DNA of 63,041 nt, counting the filler, from Chiloscyllium plagiosum (Eukaryota): NCBI RefSeq assembly GCF_004010195.1. It is 5 parts of 2 records of this genome, joined end to end, with 100 filler letters (N's around TTAATTAATTAA, not from the genome) between each part and the next. Parts side by side here need not be neighbours in the genome. Positions count along the whole stretch, not along the records: positions 1 to 11,307 come from NC_057712.1; positions 11,408 to 40,842 come from NC_057713.1; 3 more parts are not named here. One strand, 5' to 3'. Positions 1 to 11,965 of this stretch are shown one piece after another. Positions within the stretch are counted from its first letter, which is position 1. Every line of letters begins with the position of its first letter. The notes beneath the pieces were generated by a model. It was given only the letters and a program-made list of their open reading frames with translations. It was not told the DNA's origin and did no database searches. The position numbers and the translations under genes are program-made.

Positions 1-1506
1 GAGGTATTAGAAATCCTGCAGAGTGTGAAAATAGATAAGTCCCCTGGCCGGATGGGATTTATGCTAGGATCATTTGGGAAGCCAGGGAGGAAATTGCCAA
101 GCCTTTGGCATTGATCTTTAAATCATCATTGTCTACAGGAATAGTGCCAGAAGACTGGAGGATTGCAAATGTAGTTCCCCTGTTCAAGAAAGGGGAGTAG
201 AGACAATGCTGGTAATTATAGACCAGGGAGCCTTAAGTTGTTAGTAAAGTGTTGGGAAAGGTTATAAGAGATAAGATTTATAATCATTTAGAAAAGAATA
301 CTTTGATTAGGGACAATCAGCACAGTTTTGTGAAGTGTAGGTCGTGCCACACAAACCTTATTCAGTTCTTTGAGAAGGTGACCAAACAGGTAGATGAGAG
401 TAAACTGGTTGATGTGATGTATATGGATTTCAGTAAGGCATTCGATAAGGTTCCCCATAGTAGGTTATTGTACAAAATGTGGAGGAATGGGATGGTGGGA
501 GACAAAGTAGTTTGGATCAGTAATGGGCTTGCTGAAAGTAGATAGAGTGTGGTGGTTGATGGGAAATGTTCATCCTGGAGTCCAGTTACCAGTGGTGTAC
601 CACAAGGGTCAGTGTTGAGTCCACTGCTGTTCGTCATTTTTATAAACGACCTGGGTGAGGGCGTAGAAGGGTCGGTTAGTAAATTTGCAGACGACACTAA
701 GGTCGGTGGAGTTGTGGATAGTGACGAAGGATGTAGTAGGTACAGAGAGATATAGATAAGCTACAGAGCTGGGCTGAGAGGTGGCAAATGAAGTTTAATG
801 CGGACAAGTGTGAGGTGATTCACTGTGGTCAGATTAATTGGAATGCAAAGTATTGGGCTAATGGTAAGATTCTTGGTAGTGTAGATGGGCAGAGAGATCT
901 CGGTGTCCAGGTACACAGATCCTTGAAAGTTGCCACCCAGGTTGACAAGGTTAAGGCATACAGTGTTTTAGCTTTTATTAATAGAGGGATCGAGTTCCGG
1001 AACCAAGAGGTTCTGCTACAGCTGTACAAAACTCTAGTGTGGCCGCACTTGGGGTATTGTGTGCAGTTCTGGTCACCGTATTATAAAAAGATAGTGGAAG
1101 CTTTGGAAGGGTGCAGAGGAGATTTACTCGGATGTTGTCTGGTATGGAGGCTGTTTTCGTTAGAGAGAAGAAGGTTGAGAGGTGACTCAATAGAGACATA
1201 AGATAATCAGAGGGTTAGATAGGGTGGACAGGGAGAGCCTTTTTCCAAGAATGGTGACCCCGCGAGCACGAGGGGGCATCGGACAGATGTCAGAGGTAGT
1301 TTCTTTACTCAGAGAGTAGTAAAGATATGGAATGCTTTGCCTGCAACGGTAGTAGATTCGCCAAGTTTAAGTGCATTTAAGTCATCATTGGACAAGCATA
1401 TGGATGTACTTGGAATTGTATAGGTTAGATGGGCTTCAGATTGATATGACAGGTCGGCGCAACATCGAGGGCTGAAGGGCCTGTACTGTGCTGCAATGTT
1501 CTATGT
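1..1506 (+). mobile_element. CR1 LINE, ORF2 RT region to 3' end, frameshifted
   Basis: ORF fragments with [43 protein letters not shown] and FSLERRRLRGD motifs; ends in a (TTCTATG)-type tail near 1497-1506. Confidence 0.95.
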
Positions 1507-2215
1507 TAGATAAGTGTGAGGTACTGCATTGTGGAAAAGCAAATCAGAGCAGGAATTATACACTTAATACTAAGGTCCGCAGGAGCATTGCTAAACAAAC
1601 AGAACTGGCGTGCAGGTTCACAGTTCCTTGAAAGTGGTGTCGCAAGTGGGTGGCTCAGTGGTTAGCACTGCTGCCTCACAGCGCCAGGGACCCAGATTCA
1701 ATTCCAGCCTCAGGCAACTGTCTGTGTGGAGTTTGCACGTTCGCCCAGTGTCTGCGTGGGTTTCCTCCGGGTGCTCCAGTTTCCTCCTACAGTCCAAAGA
1801 TGTGCAGGTTAAGTGAATTGCCCCTAGTGTTAGGTGGATTAGTCAGGGGTAAAAAAGCGAATGGGTCTGGGGGGTTGCTCTTCGGAGGGTCGGTGTGGAC
1901 TTGTTCGGCTGAAGGGCCTGTTTCCACACTGTAGGTAATTGAATCTAAAAATCTAAAACTAAACTAGACTGGACAGTGAAGGCGGCATTTGGTATGCTTG
2001 CCTTTATTGGTCAGTACATTGAGTGCAAGAGCTGAGAGGTCATATTGTGGCTTTTCAGGACATTGGCTGGGCAACTTTTGGGATATTGCATTCAAGTCTA
2101 GTCTCCCTGCGAGAGGAAAGATGTGAAATTTGAAAGGGTTCAGAAAATATTTATAAGTATTTTACTTAGGTTGGAGGATTTGAGTGACAGAGAGAAGCTG
2201 AATAGGCTGGGGAAA
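1507..2215 (+). mobile_element. Second CR1 ORF2 fragment interrupted by an HE1 SINE
   Basis: KCEVLH...GVQVHSSLKV-type coding remnants on both sides of the SINE at 1646-1945. Confidence 0.8.
1646..1945 (+). mobile_element. HE1-type tRNA-derived SINE
   Basis: A-box TGGCTCAGTGG, B-box-like GATTCAATTCC, body TGTGTGGAGTTTGCAC...GGGTTTCCTCCGGGTGCTCC, tail GGGCCTGTTTCCACACTGTA. Confidence 0.9.
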
Positions 2216-3400
2216 TCTGCAAGTAGCAGCAGGTCAGGCAGCATCCAAGGAACATGAGAATCGACGTTTCGTTGTGGTTGGAGGGTTCCCAGGCAGAAGA
2301 TGAGGCGCGCTTCCTCCAACCGTCGTGTTGCCATGGTCTGGCGATGGAGGAGTCCAAGGACCTGCATGTCCTTGGTGGAGTGGGAGGGGGAGTTTAAGTG
2401 TTGGGCTACGGGGTGGTTGGGTTGGAGGACCAGTGGGGTTCTGTCCTGGTGGCGGTTGGAGGGGCGGGGCTCAAGGGCAGAGGAGCGGGAAGTGGAAGAG
2501 ATGCGGTGGAGGGCATCGTCGACTACGTCTGGCAGGAAGTGGCGGTCCTTGAAGGAGGCCATCTGGGTTGTACGGTTTTGGAACTGGTCCTCCTGGGAGC
2601 AGATGCGGCGGATACGAAGGAATTGGGAATATGGGATGGCGTTATTACAGGGGGCAGGGTGGAAGGAGGTGTAGTCTCGGTAGCTGTGGGAGTCGGTCGG
2701 TTTATATTAAATGTCCATGTCGATTCGGTCACCCGAGATAGAAATTGAAAGGTCTAGGAAGGGGAGGGAGGAGTCTGAGACGGTCCAGGTGAATTTGAGG
2801 TCAGGGTGGAAGGTGTTGGTAAAGTGGATGAACTGTTCAACCTCCTCGTGGGAGCACAAGGCAGCGCCGATACAGTCATCGATGTAGCGGAGGAAAAGGT
2901 GGTGCCAGTGTAGCTGTAGAAGATGGACTGTTCCACATATCCTACGAAGAGGTAGGCATAGCTCGGGCCCATGCGGGTGACCATGGCTACTCCATTGGTT
3001 TGGAGGAAGTGGGAGGATTGGAAAGAGAAGTTGTTCAGGGTGAGGACTTGTTCAGGGTGAGGACCAGTTCAGTCAGTCGAAGGAGGGTGTCAGTGGAAGG
3101 GTACTGGTTGGTACGGCAGGAAAGGAAGAATGGGAGGGCTTTGAGTCCTTCATGATGGGGGATGGAGGTGTACAGGGACTGGATGTCCATGGTGAAGATA
3201 AGGCGTTGGGGACCGGGGAAGCGTAAATCATGGAGGAGGTTGAGGGCATGGGTGGTGTCTCGAACGTAGGTGGAGAGTTCTTGGACTAAGGGGGACAGGA
3301 CCGTGTCGAGGTATGAGAGATGAGTTCGGTGGGGCAGGAGCAGGCTGAGACAATGGGTCGGCCGGGGCAGTCAGGTTTGTGGATTTTGGGCAGGTGGTAG
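2216..3400 (-). mobile_element. Penelope-like element (Neptune-like), RT and partial GIY-YIG region, internally deleted
   Basis: Minus-strand TRMGPSYAYLFVGYVEQS, RYIDD, LPFLD, IPYSQFLRIRRICS and EEARLIFCLGTLQP motifs; pLTR remnant at 2216-2270. Confidence 0.9.
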
Positions 3401-3737
3401 CATTAAATCTAAATTGGCAAAATAAAATACCAGACCTGAGGGTTTAGAACAGTTTAGACTTCAGCAAAGGTAGAAAAAGGGATTAGAGTCATAGAGGAAA
3501 TGATTCCTTTGGTCCTACTCATCAGTGCCGACCAGATATCCTAAATTAATCTAGTCCTATTTGTCAGCATTTGACTCATATTCCTCTAAACCCTTCCTGT
3601 TCATATATCCATCCAGATGCCTCTGGCAGCTTATTCCATGCACGCACTACCTTCTGTGTGAAAATGTTGCCCGAGAGGCCCCTTTCTAAATCTTTCCCCT
3701 CTTACCTCAAACCTGTGCTTTCTACTTGTAGATTTCC

Positions 3738-3940
3738 GAAGAGAAAGTGAGAGCTGCAGATGCTGGAGATCAGAGCTGAAAATGTGTTGCTGGAAAAGCG
3801 CAGCAGCTCAGGCAGCATCCAAGGAACAGGAGAATCGACATTTCGGGCATAAGCCCTTCTTCAGGAATGAGGAAAATGTCCAGCAGGCTAAGATAAAAGG
3901 TAGGGAGGAGGGACTTGGGGGAGGGGCGTTGGAAATGCTG
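3738..3940 (-). mobile_element. PLE pseudo-LTR (3' end) with hammerhead-like core
   Basis: Reverse complement reads CCTGAAGAAGGGCTTATGCCCGAAATGTCGATTCTCCTG...CTCCAGCATCTGCAGCTCTCACTTTCTC. Confidence 0.85.
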
Positions 3941-4272
3941 ACCATACCATAATTTCACTTATTTGCCATAGCCTGACGATACATCCCCTATGGTTTCTAT
4001 TCCAAACTGGGATGAATAACTTTAGTAGCTTGCACCCTTTCAACGTTTGCCATTTCCTATCTCCCATTTAAGTACTGGTACACAATTTATCACAGCAAGC
4101 TCATGCCTCACACCATTTTAATTTCCTTTATTTATTTACTTACAAGACCCTAGTCTCAGAAGGAATGACATTACTGTCCTTCAAATGAAAACTTTATCGT
4201 GTTCATAGGCCCATTCTCAATTAGATTGTCAATTATTCCTTTCTCATTACCCAATACCCAGTTGCTTTTTCA

Positions 4273-5000
4273 ATAGAACATAGAACATTACGGCTCAGCA
4301 CAGGCCCTTCAACCCTCAATGCTGCGCCGACCTGTGAAACCAATCTGAAGCCCATCTAATCCCCACTATTCCATTTTCATCCATGTTCTGGATTAGTGGT
4401 GCTGGAAGAGCACAGCAGTTCAGGCAGCATCCAAGGAGCTTTGAAATCGACGTTTCGGGCAAAAACCCTAGTAAATCACATCTGAACCCTTTCCAAAGCT
4501 TCCACATCCTTTCTGTAATGTGGTGACCAGAATTGTATGCAATACTCCAAGTGAGCCACACCAGAGTTATGTACAGCTGGAGCATGACCTCGAGGCTCCG
4601 AAACTCAACCCCTCTACTAATAAAAGCTAACACACTGTATGCCTTCTTAACAACCCTATCAACCTGGATGGCAACTTTCAGGGATCTATGTACATGGACA
4701 CTGAGATCTCTTTGTTCATCTACACTACCATTAGCCCAGTACTCTGCATTCCTGTTACTCCTTCCAAAGTGAATCACCTCACTTTTTCACATTAAACTCC
4801 ATTTGCCACCCCTCAGTCCAGCTCTTCAGCTTATCTATGTCTCTGTAACCTACAAGATCCTTCAGCACGATCCACAACTCCACCAACTTTAGTGCCATCC
4901 GCAAGTTTACTAAGCTATCCTTCTGCGCCCTCATCCAGGTTACTTATAAACAGCAGTGGACCCAAACAGATCCAATGCATTGATTCATAAAACGACTTCT
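4273..5000 (-). mobile_element. CR1 3' fragment with an inserted partial pLTR (~4386-4469)
   Basis: ORF 4316-4777 (HFGRSN...DLSVHVHRSLKV...LQLYITLV); TAGAACATAGAACA tail at the left end. Confidence 0.85.
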
Positions 5001-5494
5001 ATATCCACTCTATGAATTCCTCTATCATATTGCTACCGATTTGATTTGCCCGATTTTTATGCAGATTAAAGTTCCCATAATTACAGCTATGTCCTTATTA
5101 TTCACATCACTGAATTCCATTCCAATATCTTTCCCAATATTGCTACTGCATCTTGGGTTCTGTGCACAGTCGTACTGTTGTTTTCTGCCCATTGGTATTT
5201 TCAAGCTCAACTCATACTTCAGAGCCGATATCCTTGCTGCACTTAATGTCTTTTTTTTAAAACGAGCAATGCTACCCACCTGCTTGACCTTATTGTCTGC
5301 ACAACCTGGCCTCCTTAGGCAATGAACTGATTTAAGGAGGTCAATTCAGTAACTCTTCTCTCAATCATCTCCAATAAATTTACGGATGATGACGACGATG
5401 AAGAAAATTGCACACAGTATGAAAAGGTGCAATCTTACCAGTTTCTTGTAGAAATGAAATTGAGCATCCTTACATCCCCACCACTCTGTGGCCA

Positions 5495-5895
5495 ACCACT
5501 TCAACTCCCCCTCACACTTCCCCAAGGACATGCAAGTCCCGGGTCACCTCCACCACCAAATCCAATCCACCTGACACCTGGAGGAAGGATCTCTCATCTT
5601 CCGCCTTTGGACCATTCAACCACACAGCACCAACATAGGCTTTGCTAGTTTCCAAAACTAACCTCCCCCCACATCATCCCAGATCCAAACCTCCAACTTG
5701 GCACTGCCATCTTCCCATCTGCATCTACCTATCGCCTTCCGAGCTACCTTCCCCCTCCAGCCGCACCCCTCTGTCTCTCATCCCCATTCCCCCTCCACAT
5801 TCTTGATGAAGGGCTTATATCCAACACATTGATTCTTCTGCTACTCGGACACTGCCTGATCTGCTGTGCTTTTCCAGTGCCACACTTTTTGACTC
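5495..5895 (+). mobile_element. Degenerate PLE 3' end (end of endonuclease plus pLTR)
   Basis: HSPKDMQV...EEGSLIFRLWTIQP-like remnant followed by TGATGAAGGGCTT...CTGCTGTGCTTTTCCAG. Confidence 0.75.
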
Positions 5896-6222
5896 CTCCT
5901 TACATTTATGTTTAATTTCTGTCATAAAAAGGATAGCAGTCCATTAGCTTTCTTGATTACATGCTGTATCTGCATGAGGTTAAAAATCATACAACACCAA
6001 GCTATAGTCCAACAGGTTTATTTGGAAGCATTGTGTGTGTGGGAGTGGCATGGGGGTGTGCGAGTATGGGGAGAGAGGGCCATGTGTTGGGGAGGAAATG
6101 TGTGTGGGGCGTGGTGGTGGTAGTGTGGGGATGTGCACGCCGGTGCGCGTATGATGTCTTGAGGCATAGTATATTGGCAACACCAACCAGAGGCTATGGC
6201 AACGAATGAATGGACACCGCGC

Positions 6223-6507
6223 AACAATCAACAGACAGCAATTTTCTCTTCTAGTTGGAGAACACTTCAGTGATCCAGAACATTCAACCTCAGACCTTTG
6301 GGTGACCATCCTCCAAGATTAGATTAGATTAGATTAGATTCCCTACAGTGTGGAAACAGGCCCTTCAAACAATCAACAGACAGCAATTTTCTCTTCTAGT
6401 TGGAGAACACTTCAGTGATCCAGAACATTCAACCTCAGACCTTTGGGTGACTATCCTCCAAGATTAGATTAGATTAGATTCCCTACAGTGTGGAAACAGG
6501 CCCTTCA
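6223..6507. repeat. Tandem duplication (145 bp + 140 bp) spanning a PLE/SINE-tail junction
   Basis: 6223-6367 and 6368-6507 are near-identical, differing by one GATTA unit and a C/T substitution. Confidence 0.9.
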
Positions 6508-6765
6508 GTCCAACAGGTCCACACCGGCCCACTGAAGAGTGGCCCACCCAGACTCCCCTCCCTCTGACTAATGCACCTAACACAATGGGCAATTTAGCAT
6601 GGCCAATTCACCTGATTTGCGTATTTTTGGACTGTGGGAGAAAACCGGAGCACCCAGCGGAAACCCATGCAGGCACGGAGAGAATGTGCAAGCTCAAGGC
6701 TGGAATCAAACCTGGGTCCCTGCACTGTGAGGCAACAGTGTGCTAACCACTGAAATACCATGCCA
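6462..6765 (-). mobile_element. HE1 SINE
   Basis: (GATTA)n tail then CCCTACAGTGTGGAAACAGGCCC...GCTAACCACTGA; TCCAAG present on both flanks. Confidence 0.9.
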
Positions 6766-7279
6766 TCCAAGGCAGACTTAAGGACAGGCAACAATGCAAA
6801 GTGACCAAGCGGAGGCTGATAGCCAAGTTCAGTACCCATGGGTTGTCCACACTGCAGGTGACCCCACTGCACTACACACACACACACTCCTACAGACCCT
6901 CACACATACACCCTCATGCACACACCCTTTCCCAAACCCTTTTACACTCACACTCTCTCTTACAATCACTCATAACACCATTCCCCCGGCCCCGCGCGCA
7001 CACACCCATCCAAGTACGTGGGATGAATTTGTAGTTGCAGAATTACATTTTATTTTGGTCAAAAAGCTTCATGAATCTGTGCAAGATTCTGTAAATTCCT
7101 TTTTTTAGATTAGAATCAGCCTGAACATTGGGGAACAGAAATAGTCTCACACAGGGCACCTCACACCTTCAATGCCTACATGACACCTATAGTTAAAGTT
7201 CACTTGAGAATGTAACTTTTTAAAAGTCCTGGGATTTAGATATGAAAGAACTGAAACCAACATGTTCACTCTAAAAGTT

Positions 7280-7560
7280 GGGCAGCATGGTGGCTCAGTG
7301 ATTAGCACTGCTGCCTCACAGCGCCAGTCCCCCTCAGGCGAGTGTGGAATTTGCATATTCTCCCTGTGTCTGCGTGGGTTTCCTCCAAGTGCTCCAGTTT
7401 CCTCCCACAATTCAAAGTTACATGAATCGGCCATGCTAAATTGTCCACAATGTCATGTGCATTAGCCGGGGGTAAATATAGGATAAGGGAATGGGTTTAC
7501 TCATCAGAGGATCAGTGTGGATCTGTTGAGCCTCTTTCCATACTGCAGGGAATCTAATCT
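7280..7560 (+). mobile_element. HE1 SINE, diverged
   Basis: GGGCAGCATGGTGGCTCAGTGATTAGCACTGCTGCCTCACAGCGCC head; GGAATCTAATCTA tail. Confidence 0.85.
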
Positions 7561-8309
7561 AGTCATGGGACTTAAACAATCCAGGTCTTTCTCAATATAT
7601 CATTTCAGTTACATCACACTGTAAACTTTAGCTATAAATTCCGTGTCTCTCCAATCTACTAATCCGCAACCATCTGATGAAGGAGCATCTGGTACTTGCA
7701 AACAAACCTATTAGATTGTAACCTGGTGTTGTGCGATTTTTAACCTTGTACACACCAGTCCAACTCCAGTACTTCCAAATCATTTATCTGCATACTAACA
7801 CTTTGTGCTCATGATTCAAATCCCTCTGTATATCAGAATTTTACAGTCAGTCATTCTCCATTTAAGTAATACCCTGCTCTTAGTTATTCTTCCTACCAAA
7901 GTGAATGACTTTACATTTTCCCACATTATATTCCATCTCAAATGTATTTTGCCCATTCATTAAACCTATCTATATATTTGTCCTTAAATCCTTATGGCTT
8001 CACCATAGCATATTTTACATCTTTTGTTGCCTTGCCTTCAATCCTCTAATTTATGAAAATTCTAAAAGATTTGGTAGTGTATTACGGTACACCCAACCAG
8101 TTACAAGACAGGCAAGAAACACGGGCGTAATCAACTTTTTTTTCCCCCAAAATAAGTGGTATTACACAGTCATCTCTGCTGACTGTGGAAACTAAAAACA
8201 TCAATGATTAAATAGGAAAATTAGACCAGCCTGTGAAATAAACTTAGAGCTTTGGGGAAAGAGTACAGGAATGAAACATTCTGCACAGAAAGCTGATAGG
8301 CCAAATTAC

Positions 8310-8592
8310 CTCTTTTCCAGACCATAATGAATCGAAGACTGATTTATGCAGCTTCTACTCATAATATAAGCTATGGGGCAAATCCCCCCAAGAATATCCA
8401 CAGTCCCTCCTTCCTCAGGTGTCGGGCCCAAGCCTGGACACATCCTCCAGGGCTGCTCCGCACATGATTTCAAATCTCTCGCAGGTTTTTCCAGTGAAAC
8501 CGATCTCGGAAATCTTTTCCAGCAGATCCAACAGCTTTCACAGTTCACGGTGACAGGAGTGACTCTGCTATATCTTTTGCGATATGCGCTTG
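8310..8592 (-). other. Candidate 5' exon of an unidentified minus-strand gene
   Basis: Non-repetitive, relatively CpG-retaining sequence next to a CCAAT cluster; ends at donor-like GAG|GTAATT (8310|8309); in-frame ATGs at 8443 and 8362; no recognisable protein. Confidence 0.3.
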
Positions 8593-8897
8593 ATTAGATT
8601 ACTTTACAGTGTGGAAACAGGCCCTTCGGCCCAACAAGTCCACACCGACCCGCCGAAGCGCAAACCACCCATACCCCTACATTTACCCCTTACCTAACAT
8701 TACGGACAATTTAACATGGCCAATTCACCTAACCTGCACATCTTTGTGACTGTGGGAGGAAACCGGAGCTCCCGGAGGAAACCCACGCAGACACGGGGAG
8801 AATGTGCAAACTCCACACAGTCAGTCGCCTGAGGCGGGAATTGAACCCGGGTCTCTGGCGCTGCGAGGCAGCAGTGCTAACCACTGTGCCACCGTGC
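8593..8897 (-). mobile_element. Young HE1 SINE
   Basis: Intact head (reverse complement GCACGGTGGCACAGTGGTTAGC...GGGTTCAATTCCCGCC); CGCTTG on both flanks as a probable target duplication. Confidence 0.95.
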
Positions 8898-9004
8898 CGC
8901 TTGGAAGGGATGATCTAGAAAATGCTTCCCATTCAATGCGCTATAAAAAGCATGAACAGAAAATCATCCTCCCGTTAGACCAAAAAACAATATGATAGCT
9001 AATT

Positions 9005-9437
9005 TACCTGTTTGGCGCATGCTCCACTCCCAGGCCCTTTTAGTTGTTCCCTCATTGGTTGGCGATTAATCTTGCCTATCGCTCATTCTGATTGGTTAGT
9101 CAGACAACCGTCCCACCTTCACCCTTGTTGGGTTGGACGTGCCATCCATCCATCACTCATCCACTAATTGGTTGGGTCATATTCCCCGCCTTTCATTCAT
9201 TTTGAAACCAAAAGAGAAAATGCTGGAAAATCTCAGCAAGTCTGGTAGCATCTGTAAAGAGAGAAAAAAAGCTGACGTTTCGGTCTTGACAAAGGGTCAG
9301 TTAGACTCGAAACGTCAGCTCTTTTCTCTCCCTACAGATGCTGCCAGACCTGCTGAGAGTTTCCAGCATTTTCTCTTTTGGTTTCAGATTCCAGCATCCG
9401 CAGTAATTTGCTTTTTTTCCGTTCATTCTGATTGGTT
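9005..9437. promoter_or_regulatory. Multi-CCAAT (NF-Y) promoter-like region with E2F site and GC box
   Basis: ATTGG at 9054, 9091, 9167 and 9431 (all ATTGGTT); TTTGGCGC at 9011-9018; CCCCGCC at 9184-9190. Confidence 0.6.
9203..9418 (+). mobile_element. Fold-back PLE pLTR insertion (distinct subfamily)
   Basis: Arms ~9203-9281 and ~9309-9386 are reverse complements; ~32 nt unpaired tail; imperfect flanking duplication CC(T/G)TTCATTC. Confidence 0.85.
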
Positions 9438-9964
9438 CGGAAAAAAAGAGCTTTGATTCGATCCTCCAACCCTGTCTCTTATTTGCTATAGATATGAACA
9501 TCAACCATGCTGGACTGGGGTAGACAAAGCTAAACATAACACAACACGAGGCTATAGTCCAACAGGTTTATTTGGAAGCACTAGTCTTTTATCAGGTGGT
9601 TGTCCTTTTCTGAGGTAGCACAAACAGTAAAACATCGCACAGGCAACTTACAGTTTGCAAGGAGAGACAGAAAAGTCAGCAGCCTGTTTCAGACATTCCC
9701 TGCTGCAAATGAACCAAAAGAATCTCAGCTGCTCTGACTGCCAATCCCCTTTCATTACACAAGTTATTTCTAAAATACAAAAGCCTGAGGTATCAGCTAT
9801 TTAAGGGTAAACAAAAAGGGCCCCAATAAACCCCATTCACCTCTGCACCAACTCAGCCAATTCAGAGCCTGGTGTTTTTTATGGCCCCTCTGAAAAAAAA
9901 TCAAATTTATAGTAACTTTGAGAAAAAGGAACAGCTTTGAGAAAAGGATCAGCTTTGTAACAAG

Positions 9965-11040
9965 GGTATGTTGTATACTTGGATTTCCAGAAGGCTTTTA
10001 ATGAGGTGCCATACAAAAAACTCTTTCATAATATAAGAATGTATGGAATTGCGGGGAATATACTAGCATGGATAGAGGATTGGTTAACCAATAGAAAGCA
10101 GAAAGAAACAATAAATGAGTGTGTCTCTTATTGTAGATCAGTGGTGAGCGGGGTGCCACAGGGGTTGGTTTTGGGCCCGCAACTGGTCATGATATATGTA
10201 AATGATTTAGAAGAGGACACAGAGTGTAATGTATCCAAATTTGCTGCTGATGCAAACTTGAATGGAAATACAAACTGCAAAGGATGTAGAGGGTCTGCAG
10301 AGAGACTTAGATAGGTTAAATGAGTGGGCAAGGGTCTGGCAGATGGAACACAATGTTGGTAAATGTGAGGTTACCACTTTGGAAGTAAAAATAGTGGGTC
10401 AGAATATTATTTAAATGGTGAAAGATTGTAGCATGCTGTTGTGCAGAGGGACTTAAAAGTTAACTGCAGATGCAACAGGTAATTAGGAAGGTGAATGGAA
10501 TATTGACTTTCGTTATTAGAAGGATTGAATTTACGAACTAGGAAATTCTGTACAAGGTTGTTAGTGAGGCCACACCTGGAGTATTGCGCATTTTTCTGGT
10601 CTCCTTACTTGGGGAATGATAGGGCTATATGGAGTAGGTTCAGGGGGTTACCCTTTGAGGATTGGAATTTAGATTAGATTAATTAGTGTGGAAACAGGCC
10701 CTTCGGCCCAACAAGTCCACACCGACCTGCCGAAGCGCAACCCACTTCCCCTACATTTACCCCTTCACCTAACACTACGGGCAATTTAGCATGGCCAATT
10801 CACCTAACCTGCACATTTTTATGGATTGTGGGAGGAAACCGGAGCACCCGGAGGAAACCCACGCAGACACGGGGAGAATGTGCAAACTCCACACAGTCAG
10901 TCGCCTGAGGGGGGAATTGAACCCGGGTCTCTGGCGCTGTGAGGCAACAGTGCTAACCACTGTGCCACCGTGTCGCCCAGAAGAAGGATGAGAGGGGATC
11001 TCATAGAAACATATACAATTATGAAAGGGATAGATAAGAA
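9965..11040 (+). mobile_element. Degenerate CR1 RT fragment with nested HE1 SINE (10669-10977, minus strand)
   Basis: DFQKAFNEVP, SGVPQGLVLGP, SKFAADANL motifs; coding remnant resumes at RMRGDLIETY after the SINE. Confidence 0.85.
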
Positions 11041-11042
11041 AT

Positions 11043-11307
11043 AAAGTAAGGACTGCAGATGCTGGAGACCAGAGTTGAAAAATGTGGTGCTGGAAAAACA
11101 CAGCAGGCCAGGCAGCATCTGAGCAGGAGAATCGACGTTTTGGGCATAAGCCCTTCTTCAGGAATGAGGCTGGTGTACCAAGTGGGCTGAGATAAAAGGT
11201 AGGGGAGAGGGAATTTGGGGAGGGGCGCTGGGAATACGATAGGTGGAAGGAGGTGAGGGTGAGGGTGATAGGCCAGAGAGGGGGTGGGGGCAGAGAGGTC
11301 GGGAAGA
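11043..11307 (-). mobile_element. PLE pLTR running into the gap
   Basis: Reverse complement CCTGAAGAAGGGCTTATGCCCAAAACGTCGATTCTCCTGCTC...CTCCAGCATCTGCAGTCCTTACTTT. Confidence 0.85.
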
Positions 11308-11407
11308 NNNNNNNNNNNNNNNNNNNNNNNNNNNNNNNNNNNNNNNNNNNNTTAATTAATTAANNNNNNNNNNNNNNNNNNNNNNNNNNNNNNNNNNNNN
11401 NNNNNNN
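11308..11407. other. Assembly gap with six-frame stop linker
   Basis: N44-TTAATTAATTAA-N44. Confidence 0.98.
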
Positions 11408-11817
11408 GAGAGGAAGTCGTACGAGGCTAGGTTGAGAGTTCTCGGCCTTTTCTCGTTGGAACGGCGAAGGATGAGGGGTGACTTGATAGAGGTTTTTAAG
11501 ATGATCAGAGGAATAGATAGAGTAGACAGTCAGAAACTTTTTCCCCGGGCACAACCGAGTGTTACAAGGGGACATAAATTTAAGATGAAGTGTGGAAGGT
11601 ATAGGGGAGATGTCAGGGGTGGGTTCTTTACCCAGAGAGTGGTGGGGGCCTGGAATGCGCTGCCTGTGGGAGTGGTAGAGTCAGAATCTTTGGTGACCTT
11701 TAAGCAGCAATTGGATAGGTACATGGATGGGTGCTTAAGCTAGGACAAATGTTCGGCACAACATCGTGGGCCGAAGAGCCTGTTCTGTGCTGTATTGTTC
11801 TATGTTCTATGTTCTAT
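11408..11817 (+). mobile_element. Young CR1 3' end
   Basis: Open ORF LGLFSLERRRMRGDLIEVFK...FFTQRVVGAWNALP; (TTCTATG)n tail. Confidence 0.95.
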
Positions 11818-11965
11818 AAATAGAAAGCAGGCTACACCACCAGTGCTTCATTCGGAGTCTCACTGAAGATATTAGCCAGTACGGTGACGAACCATCTGTA
11901 AACGAACCTTCCAGCACTGCATCCAGAATCTCAACCTGAGCTTCAAATTTTCACAAAAACTCGCT
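11818..11965 (+). mobile_element. Poseidon-like PLE pLTR fragment
   Basis: Colinear with 28632-28790 (AATAGAAAGC...CACTGAAGAT...GGTGACGAA...CTCAACCTGAGCT). Confidence 0.8.

Larger units (their letters stand above)
5978..7785 (+). mobile_element. PLE family 2 (GIY-YIG C-terminus plus long 3' region), interrupted by two SINEs
   Basis: YIGNTNQRLWQRMNGHRATINRQ...VGEHFS and KRRLIAKFSTH remnants; colinear with the copy at 48620-49625; short inverted terminal piece at 5978-6030. Confidence 0.85.

Noticed and set aside
1646..1720. tRNA genes at SINE heads
   Set aside because: A and B boxes run into the SINE body without a full cloverleaf.
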